A stretch of DNA of 64,000 nt. Origin: Azolla caroliniana (lineage: Eukaryota; Plantae; Polypodiophyta). A program made the position numbers and the translations under genes. Positions 1 to 9,128 of the stretch are shown here, piece by piece; position 1 is the first letter of the stretch, and every line of letters starts with the position of its first letter. The notes beneath the pieces were generated by a model that worked only from the letters and a program-made list of their open reading frames with translations, did no database searches and was not told the DNA's origin. The DNA is taken from positions 7,626,001 through 7,690,000 of the forward strand of contig JBHGNT010000004.1 of NCBI GenBank assembly GCA_043228905.1. Reading direction: 5' to 3'.

Positions 1-2
1 TA

Positions 3-2228
3 CGAGGGAAGGACGGCAAGGAGGGCCGGAAGCTGTGGCACGCCGTAGCTCAATGGATAACATTGCTCGTGCCGCCGGTCGAGACCGTCCAGCCAAAGAA
101 GCGGCCAAGAGTATCGGAAGGAAGCACCTCGAAGCCGGCGTCCAAACGACAGCAGCTGCTGGCGTCGAAGGCGACGAAAGGGAAGAAACGGGCCCCAGAA
201 CCGGAGGAGGTGTCACCGGTCCGACCCGTCAAAATAACCTTACGGAGACCAGGACAGAAGGAACCGGAACCCTTGACGGCACAGAAACATGCCGTGACAC
301 AGGAAGAGGAAACGGAGGAGCCAGAAGAGCACCTCCAACGACGGTCAAGAAGTAGGACCGCCGAGACAGGAGGGGAGCGGTCGTACCCGCGAGAGGCAGA
401 AACGCCCCCAACTCAACCTGAGCAAACCACAAGGGAAGAACCGGAACCGGTGCCTAGAGAACCGGTCTTGTCGACTTCTATAGAAGAAGTCAGTCCAACG
501 GCTCCGGAGACGGAGAGAACCGGAACTCAACAGCCGGCGAGCCCAGCCAGAGCACACGGCGGCCAAGGAGTAGAACCAGAACGGCATATGCAGGCAATCA
601 GGCCAGACAATTCCACGGTGAATGAGCCGACCCGACCAGTACAGCAACAAGGCACCAGTAGCATGTGGCTACGGTGGGTAGGCGAACAAATCGCCGGAGT
701 GGTCGAGTATATAGAGGCGGAAGAGAGAACGCACCAGGAACGGTTGCTCGTCACAACCGTAGATCTAGAGACGGCCCGGTCCAGAATCCGGAGCCTTGAA
801 GAAGACTTGGACAGGGTCACAAGGGAAACACAAGTCCAAGCACCGGTGACTCCGGGCAATGTACAGAATAAAGTGTCGGATCAACCTGTACATAGCAATC
901 AGACCCCGGCAACGGAAACCGTTCCGGAGAGAAATGCGGCACAAGCCCAAGAGCTTGCGGATTTAAAGGATGAGCTTGCTGCCCAAGAAGCGCTGAGGAG
1001 CCGCGAAAGAGAACTGAAGACGGCAGCGGAGGCAGAACTCAGAAAGACTGCTGAGAATCTACGCCGGGCCGAGGAGAGCTTACGGAAAGGCCACCAAGCG
1101 TACGACCGGCTCAAGGAGGAGAAGGAGAAAATGCTGCAAGAGAAGGAGAGACTCCGGAGGAACGCCGAAACAGAAGTAGAGCGCCTGAAAGAGGAACTCC
1201 GGCAGGTAAAGGACCGGGAGGACCGGAACCATCGCCAGATCAACGGCAAGCTCAAACTAAAAACAGAGGAATTTGAGAACTTGCACCGGGAGCATAAACG
1301 GTTGCAAACGGAGCACAAGGAACGGATGGATGAGCTCCGGCAAGCAGTTGATCGGACCGCAACCGCATTCGCCAAGGAACAAGCGGAAAACAGAAGACGG
1401 TTGGAAGAGGCGGAGAAGGTTCGGACAGAGCTCCTCAGGCAACAGCAGGCGGAAAAAGAAAGAGCGGCGGAGGTACTGCAGAGGCTGCAAACGACATATC
1501 AAGGGCAGCTGACGCGCTACAGGGAGCAGGCGGAGGATACGGCAAACCTCATCAAGCAGTTGAAGGAGGAGCGACAAGTGGTGGAAAGCAGAGCACAAAT
1601 GGGAGCAAGTCGCATCCAGGATATCATGCGGGCCTGGTTGAACCAGACCAAGAGCTTGATCGACAACGGCTCCGTCAAATGGTGGACCAAGTGGGCCACG
1701 GACGCGGCGGAACTCCAATTGCTCCGGGCCGACGTAGAGAACCGGCGAAAGGAGGGAGATGATTGCTATATGCTGACTTCCGAGGACTTCACCGGCATAA
1801 GAGATGAGCTTGCCGAAGACTTTCAAGCCTTGGCAGAGGACCAACTAGAGCAAGTCCGGCAACTTGTAGCTCAGCTGGACGACGACAGGCTGGAGGCGCA
1901 GATCCAGTTTGAAAGTTACGAGAGGTCCCGGATCCGGGGAGAGAAAGAACGAGAACCAGTTACGGTCAACCTCAGTGATGAGGAACCGTTACTGGAAGAA
2001 GACCGGACCGGAAGCAGTCAATCGGAGATGCCGGAGCCAGAGAGACAAACGGAGCAGCCGGAGGCAGCGAAACAAATGGAGCAGCAGCAGCAAGCAGAGC
2101 AGCCGGAGCAGCTTCAGTCCCAACCGCAACCACAGCAGCAGCAGCAAGCACAGCCGCAACAACCACAACCGGAAGAACAAGTGGAAATTCTTGAACAAAG
2201 TAATTTGGACAATTTAGGTGAACAATGA
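3..2228 (+). CDS. Retrotransposon-associated extra ORF: Glu/Gln/Arg-rich coiled-coil protein, 5'-truncated by the window edge (>740 aa)
   Basis: The frame is open from base 3 to TGA at 2226-2228 (ORF track 63..2228). It has a long heptad-like E/Q/R/K/L-rich centre and a Q/P-rich tail, with no gag, PR, RT or INT motifs. It lies 33 bp from a PBS and LTR. Confidence 0.75.
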   Translation, partial: RGKDGKEGRKLWHAVAQWITLLVPPVETVQPKKRPRVSEGSTSKPASKRQQLLASKATKGKKRAPEPEEVSPVRPVKITLRRPGQKEPEPLTAQKHAVTQEEETEEPEEHLQRRSRSRTAETGGERSYPREAETPPTQPEQTTREEPEPVPREPVLSTSIEEVSPTAPETERTGTQQPASPARAHGGQGVEPERHMQAIRPDNSTVNEPTRPVQQQGTSSMWLRWVGEQIAGVVEYIEAEERTHQERLLVTTVDLETARSRIRSLEEDLDRVTRETQVQAPVTPGNVQNKVSDQPVHSNQTPATETVPERNAAQAQELADLKDELAAQEALRSRERELKTAAEAELRKTAENLRRAEESLRKGHQAYDRLKEEKEKMLQEKERLRRNAETEVERLKEELRQVKDREDRNHRQINGKLKLKTEEFENLHREHKRLQTEHKERMDELRQAVDRTATAFAKEQAENRRRLEEAEKVRTELLRQQQAEKERAAEVLQRLQTTYQGQLTRYREQAEDTANLIKQLKEERQVVESRAQMGASRIQDIMRAWLNQTKSLIDNGSVKWWTKWATDAAELQLLRADVENRRKEGDDCYMLTSEDFTGIRDELAEDFQALAEDQLEQVRQLVAQLDDDRLEAQIQFESYERSRIRGEKEREPVTVNLSDEEPLLEEDRTGSSQSEMPEPERQTEQPEAAKQMEQQQQAEQPEQLQSQPQPQQQQQAQPQQPQPEEQVEILEQSNLDNLGEQ

Positions 2229-2261
2229 AAGGGCCGAGAAGGGTTCGACGTACAAGGTACT

Positions 2262-2278
2262 GTCCCACGGGCGTGCCA
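2262..2278 (-). promoter_or_regulatory. Primer-binding site complementary to tRNA-Arg(UCU)
   Basis: The minus strand reads TGGCACGCCCGTGGGAC, 2 nt from the LTR end. It matches the recalled plant tRNA-Arg(UCU) 3' end (GTCCCACCGGGCGTGCCA) with one gap. tRNA-Arg PBSs are typical of Tat/Ogre-type Ty3/gypsy. Confidence 0.8.
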
Positions 2279-2280
2279 TG

Positions 2281-2689
2281 TGTTACCGGCCGGCAAGGAG
2301 TCCAAAATACGGAATTAATTATATATGGTTGTAAATGAGGATAGTGTGGACGGACGGACTGGAAACGGTATGCCGTTCTAGATCCGGACGGATCCCGAAT
2401 AGGTGCGAGGGGCACCGTTTTGTACTACGGGCCGGAAACCTATTTAAAGGCCCGGACCCTATTGTAATGAGCGGATAATTAATAGAGCTTATGATGTTTG
2501 TACTTCTGTCTTGATTTCCGTTCTGTAATCACTGTTATATCTTACGCGTGTAATTAACCAAGCAATCTAATCGTGTAACCTACGTAAGTCGGTGTAATCA
2601 TTGAATCTTAATCCTATGCCGTAATCACCCTTTGGTGAAGTGTCTCCGTGACACCTTGTGTTAGGCCTTGTCCGGCTAAGCGAATAACA
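2281..2689 (-). mobile_element. LTR (409 bp) of a Ty3/gypsy-type, probably Tat-related, element; inserted into a Copia LTR
   Basis: Termini are TGTTA...TAACA, with a TATA-like CCTATTTAAAGG at ~2439 and an adjacent PBS. Sequence after 2689 resumes in the middle of a family-A Copia LTR. Confidence 0.75.
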
Positions 2690-2899
2690 ACTAACTACAA
2701 CAACTACTCTCTCTTGGGGAATGTGAAGAGTCATAGTCATGGGCAATATGTAACTCATTAGTTATGTGTCATAGAATCATATTCTATGACACATAGTTAA
2801 TGTGTAGAGAGTAGTGGTGTGACTCTTGACCTTTGAGTAATCATATATTCTCAAAAGGTGTGTTCACACGTTGCACTATGTTGAGCTTGATTCTCAACA
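2690..2899 (-). mobile_element. Partial Copia family-A LTR (U3 end)
   Basis: Ends ...GAGCTTGATTCTCAACA. It is the reverse complement of the LTR start at 50909 and homologous to 34116-34499 and 61520-61923, and contains the family hairpin. Confidence 0.85.
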
Positions 2900-3700
2900 C
2901 CTACCAAGAAAGCTTGATGGTACTCAATCTCAATTTTGAGGATTTGTAAACGAAGTGTACGTTATTATCAAATGCATGCCATAATATCTTGGATGGATGC
3001 CACTCAAGTTGCATTGGTAGGAATACTATTAATAGGTACAAAACATCACACAGTTTGCACCATTATTAAGAAAATGGCACTCCCTTGTTAGATGATTTTG
3101 ATGGTTTCATCAAGCAATTTCAAGCAATTTTTTGGGGAAATTGATAGTGTAAGAACAACACTCAATAAGATTGGACAATTGAGATAAGGAGATTACCCTA
3201 CCTCAACGTATGCAATATATTTTCCCATTGTTGTATCTAATATTCATTTCCAGGGATAAAGAAGCCTTAATGGATCATTTCCATCATGGGCTATGCAATG
3301 ATGTGAAGGATTGAGTCAACACTCTTGATAAAGATCCAATAGCACTTACGAATGCTATTAGTTTGGTAGTACAATGTGATAATCAACCAGTTGAATGACA
3401 TTCTAAATGAAAACAAATATTATGAGCTCAAGGATAGAGCAAAGTTATGCATTTGTGGTCATTGTCCCATTGTTAAGCCTTACTCAAGCACCTAACACAA
3501 TTATTAAAGGTGACCCCACTCTAATGGAGATTGATGTACCACGTCATTGAGGGCCATTAACCAAAGTTGAAAAGAAAGGATGTTGAGCAAATAGTTTGTT
3601 TATATTGTGGTGGCCTAGAACACATAGTGATAAAATGTTCTCATCGACCTAAAGGACAATGTAATCAAGTAAGTGCTAAAGTTGTGTTGATTCTCAAGTT
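2900..3700 (+). pseudogene. Degenerate gag of a Tcn1-like chromovirus (Ty3/gypsy)
   Basis: Frameshifted remnants of LPxKxDGTxSxFxGFVN, ALMDHFHHGLxNDVKD, MEIDxxRxxGPL, and a zinc knuckle CLYCGGLEHIVIKCSHRP (ORF 3567..3770). Confidence 0.75.
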
Positions 3701-4039
3701 ACATCTAGACATCCTAGTAAAGCTAGTAGCCTTGCACCACTCGATACGTTTGAAGTTCTTAGCCAAGTAGATGATGTATTAAACAAATTAAGTCTAGCCA
3801 AAATAGGAGTCATTTCGTTGAGCAACCCTCAATTCATAAAGTTAGTCCATAGTGATTGTTCCATTGCATCATGTAGCTATTTCAAACAAATAAAAATCTC
3901 ACCCAGTTTATGCATACATAGCTTTTTCCACATACATTAACCATTTGGTTAAGTGTGTGTCCACAAGTGTGTCATTCTATTAAGTGTTTTTTTATAGATG
4001 TCAAAATCTAGATAAACTTTTTTTTACGTTGTTTCATAT

Positions 4040-7000
4040 TGTGAAGTGCTTTGAATAATAGAATAATCCCCCCCTTTCCATTAAGTTGGAGTTACATCTT
4101 ATAGGCATGTAGCCTGGCGGGTGTTTTCCCACTCCCATCAGTTATGGGGAGTTACCCTAATTACGAGGAGTTGATTGAGCCCTGATTTAGGTACGGTCAA
4201 TGTGACCCTGGTTAGGTGGGGCCTTGGTTAAGGTTCATGGTAATACCACAGTTCCCCTTGTAAAAAGAAGTTACTATGCGGTCGGAGTGAGCTGGGGTGT
4301 GGACGGTGGTTCCGAGCGGAAGGACGACATGGGCGTGGGTGTGGGTGGTGGTAGCGGATGGAAGGGCTTCATGCGGGACTACTGGGCTAAGGTGTAGCGG
4401 TTGTTGGAGGTGCGGCGGAGTAGGTAGGTAGTGTTGCGTATCTATTTTTGAACTTTGAAGGGGCCGATCCATCGATGCATGCGTGACTCGCTCAGGCCAC
4501 GACGACGGATTGGGAAATAGATGATGACTTTGTCACCGGCGTGGTATTGATGGTCAATGTGGCTTGCGTCGTGTTGTCATTTTTGGCGTAGTTGGGCTTG
4601 GTGCAGGTTGCTCGCAATGGCTTTGTGGAGGAGGGGTTGGAGTTGTTGCAAGTGGGACCACCAAGACACTGCTACGTTTGAGTGGAGTGGTGTGGTCAGT
4701 TGGGGGATTGCCGCTTCTGGGGGTAACCGCGGATCTCTGTTGTAGAGGGTGCAGAAGGGGCTAATGCGGGTGGAGGCCTACACAACTGTGTTGTAGGCAT
4801 GTGTAACGAAGGGCAAGATCCGGTCCCAAGTCGAGTGCAAAGGATCAATGTAGGCTGAGATTTGTTGCTTTAAGGTTTGATTGAGGCACTCTATCAATCC
4901 ATTTGTCTAGGGATGGTAGGGTGACGTAAATAATTGTTGGATTCCTAATTGTGCACAAACGAGACTTAGGAGCTCACTATTGAACTGGGGTCCCTGATCG
5001 GGCAAGATTTGGAGTGGGCAACCGTGGGGAAAGATAATTTTCTCCAGGAGTTTGGTGACAATGGTTGTAGCCTTGGCATTTGGGATGGCGATTGTCTCAG
5101 CCCAACGTGTCAAATACTCAGTTATTACGAGGATGAACTTGTTCCCTTCTTGTGATTCGGGAAAGGGGCCCAAAATGTCCCATCTGACAATTTCAAATGG
5201 AGCCTGAACCTGTATCGGATGTAAGAGGCCTTGAGCCACTTGAGGTGATTTGATGGTCTGACATGAGTTGCATGCTTTGATGTAGGAGGCGACCTCGTGG
5301 CGTAGCCCCGGGCAGTAGAATTTGCAACGGATTTTTTCTAGCATCTTGTGGAAGCCCAAGTGGCGGGATAGTGGGTGGTCATGGAAGAAATGAAGGTAAG
5401 ATAGGCACAATTGCTCAGGCACGTAGACTCAGGGTTCCTTGCCTTCTTGGCAAAAAAGTACGACATTATCTTGGATCATGAATTTCTTGGTGAGGGATGA
5501 TGTGGGCTCGGCGCGTAGGCGGTGACAGATGTCTTGAATCTTCTTGTCGTGCTGTTGCGTGCTCGCCATTTGGGATGAGGATACAAGGAAATCGGTTGTG
5601 CAGGAGGTGACCTGGTTCGCCTAAAGTGATATGCGTGATAATCCATCGGCGACGATGTTCTAGGAATTGCGACGATACTGCAAAGTGAACGTGTAATCCT
5701 GCAACGCCAAAACCCATCGGAGTAAGCAACCGGGTGGGTGAGCCTTCCGAATGAGGGAGAGTAATGATTGATGGTCGGTTTCAACTGATGTGGTTGATCC
5801 ATGCAGATACGGGTGGAAACGGTGGAATGCCCAGACGATGGCAAGCAACTCTTTTTTGGTTGTCGAGTAATTCTCCTCGGTTTTGGTAAGTGACCGAGTA
5901 TGTAGGCAATTGGGCATAGTTGGTTGTTGTCATCGGATTGTAGCAGGACGGCACCGAGGCCGACGTTGGAGGCATCTGTTTGCAGATTAAAAGGCTTCAT
6001 GAAATTAGGGTGTGCCAAAAGGTCAGAGGCTTGGAGCGTTCATTTGAGCTGGAGCAAGTTGGATTCGCAGGCGTTGGTCCATAGAAAAGGCTTGTCTTTT
6101 TTTAAGAGTGTGCACAGTGGGGCTGACAGGTCAGCTAGCCGTGGGATGAAGCGGAGAGAGAACATGAGGAGGCCGAGGAAGCGTTGAAGATGCTTGACTA
6201 TGGTGGGGCATGGGAATTTTTGGACTGCTTCCGTCTTCTCTGGGTCCATTTGTATTCCATCAGAGGAGATGACGTACCCGAGGAAGCAAAGGCGTGTACT
6301 ACCCCAACGACACTTCTTCAATTGCAGCTGCAATCGATTGCGCTGAACACGAGTTAGGACCTCTTGAAGGACTTGGAGGTGGGTGGTATCTCACAGGTTG
6401 GTGTGGGTGGTATCTCGCAGGTTGGTGAAGAGCACGATTGGAAGGTGATTTGGGAGGACGAGCTGCCGTGAGGAGAAATTGAGACATGATCCACTACTGG
6501 GGAACCAATCACAGCCTAGAGTGATTGGGAACAGTTGTCGCGGGAGGACATAGAAACAGTGTTGGATCTTGGCGGAACTAATGGTGAGCGTGCATGTGAC
6601 TTGTGTATGTGAGTGGTATAGTTGTTGCCGGTCGCCGAAGAGGATTTTAATGGGTGGTGCATGGTTCGTGGGAAGTTGCAGTTGGGCTACTATGTCTGCG
6701 ATAATGGAAGAGATGCTAGTACCAGAGTCAAGGAGCACTTCTTGGGTTGTGTGTTGGAGGTGGGAGATCATGGTACGAGAGAAGTTGATGACGTGGTGGC
6801 ATGAACATGCAGGGGCGGCTCTCCCTGCGGCACCCCGTAGATTAGTTTTTCGGCGACTCAGAGAGAGAGGCATCATCGGCTAATTGGACGTTCTGCTTCT
6901 ATTGTTGGTTTTGCCACTTCCTGTAGTGGAGCAGGATGTGGTCGTAGTTGTTGTAGTAGAAACATTTGGGGTGTCCTTGGGTGTCTCGTTCGGGCAAGGC

Positions 7001-8053
7001 ACGCTTTGTGCGTAATTGCATGTTCTAGACGTCAATGTCCATGGGAGTGGCCGTTGGCGTAGTGTTTGTATGATCGTGAATGAGATTACCTGGTGTGTGT
7101 AGGTCGTGTGCATCTGCAGCTTCTGTACGTTGGGCGGTGAGGGTGGCTTCGTGTAGTGTTTTCGGGCCTTGATCGCGTACCCGGTGGCGGAGGTCTTGTT
7201 GGATGCGTGGCCAGAAGAAAAACAACTTCATGTCTTCTGACATGTTGGGGTCAGCCCGTCGTAGGATCTACAAAAACCGAACCGCGAACTGGGTGATGGG
7301 TTCACGTGGTTGTTGGGCGATTGATTCAAGTTGTTGTAGGGCTGTCTGATGGGAATCTTGATGTGCGAAATTCCGAATCATGGCTGCCCATAACAGGTTC
7401 CATTGGTTGCATGTCTCCTCGGGTTGTTGCATGAGCCATGTTGTTGTGATATTCTCGAGAAGTGTCTTCATTTCCATTGCCTTCCGTGGGTGTGGCCACT
7501 GGTGGTAATTGGCCACCATGTCGAAATAATCTAGCCAAGAGAGGATGCCCTTTGATGGTAGGCCGGAAAATGGTTTTGGGCAAACTCGGGGGTCTAGGAG
7601 ATTCTGTTGTGGCTTGGATCGTGCTGAGAGGAATGACAACATGGCTTGGTTAGTATGGTTAACTTGTAAAATAATACTAGACATTGTCGAAACCAGTTGG
7701 TCAATTGGCGATGAGTGGTGATGTTCTTGAGTTTGTTGCTGCAAGAATTCTGGACTCATGGAGTTTGTGTTGTCGTTGTTGTTGTCGTGCTGCATTGTGG
7801 CATGTGTTGTTGGGGCTGCTCTGCCCGTCTTCTCCACCAGGATCTAAAGTGCTCTGAATAATAGAATAAACCTCCCCCTTTCCATTAAGTTGGAGTTACA
7901 TCTTATAGGCATGTAGCCTGACAGGGGTTTTCTTGCCCCATAAGTTATGGGGAGTTGCCCTAATTACGGGGAGTTGATTGAGCCCTGATTTAGGTACGGT
8001 CAATGTGACCCTGGTTAGGTGGGGCCTTGGTTAAGGTTCATGGTAATACCACA
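4040..8053 (-). mobile_element. Ty3/gypsy LTR retrotransposon with both LTRs, defective (RT core deleted)
   Basis: 211-bp LTRs at 4040-4250 and 7843-8053, with a 4-bp TSD ATAT (4036-4039 / 8054-8057). PBS TGGTGGAGAAGACGGGCA at 7839-7822; purine tract next to the left LTR. Domain order is gag (7837-6880), protease LLDSG (~6740), RT tail, RNase H TDAS (6018-5660), integrase HLGF/CxxC/DILGPFP (5422-4780). Confidence 0.92.
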
Positions 8054-9128
8054 ATATGACAAAATTACATCAAACAAAATTAAAACATTACATAAACTGA
8101 ATTCAACATATGGACTCCAATTCATGTAGAAGATAACTATGCCATAAAAAACTCATTGGTATAATCTTTAAGATCTAGTTGTTTCTTTATGCATGGTTTA
8201 AGCAATAAAAAAAGGAGTACAATGTTAGAGGCCATTCTTTCATAGTTCCTTAAGATGTCAAGTGGACAACCCATTTGATTATGAAATAGGCCTATGCCTC
8301 CATTTTCATAGTTTGGCAATCAAAACCCATTTTTGGGCATGTACACAAAGTCATCATACATGGGGAAGAATCTATGAATAATGTATGCAACAACATGCTG
8401 AGCAACAACGTAGGGGCGATTATAGCAACAAGATGCGTTTGATCATAATATTGAGTTATCAGAGTGGTTGTTGGGGCTACGCTTTCTCAAAATGTGTAGA
8501 GGAAAAAAATTCATGTAAAAAGCCCTAAGTGCACACGTTTTCCTTGAGATCAAAGTGTGCACTTGACTGTACATATAAAAAACATGAGATAAGCTAATAA
8601 AGCTTAATAAAATAAAGCACAAAACAAACCTATATTAAAGGGAACTATGATGCATTTGAGGAAAGGTTTTTTTTCATTTGGTTGCTATTTACCAATCTTA
8701 TAAATTCAAAAAATTCTCTTTTAATACCATTGCACTACCAATACAACTTAGATTGAGTCTACCTAACCTAATATTGTTTGCACAATCTTGATATCTTTCT
8801 AAACTAAAAAATATATCTTAATTATACTAATATTAGTCGAATATCTCAATTACCATATAAAACATTCTCTCTTATATAATCTTATGAACTCTCTAAACAA
8901 AATAATTAAACCATCTCCTACCACAAAACATTAATTTTGTAGACCTCGTTTTATGTTTCTTGGCTTAGCCTTGAAATCTGGTCACCTAGTATCTACATGT
9001 TTAAATGTTGGACAATTGACCGAAATTAACATAACATTGACTATATTGGCATTCATGGAATATCAACTCATTAATTTTGAGAGGAAGTGGTGGTGTATTT
9101 GGGTCCACTCTACTTTGATAGTCGTGGC

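Noticed and set aside
63-2228. Host myosin/trichohyalin-like gene or retroviral env
   Set aside because: It is intronless, has TE-like CCGG-rich composition, and abuts a PBS and LTR. No transmembrane segment is visible to support env.
8527-8564. 10-bp-stem hairpin as a Helitron 3' end
   Set aside because: No CTRR terminus at the expected distance and no matching 5' TC end was identified.
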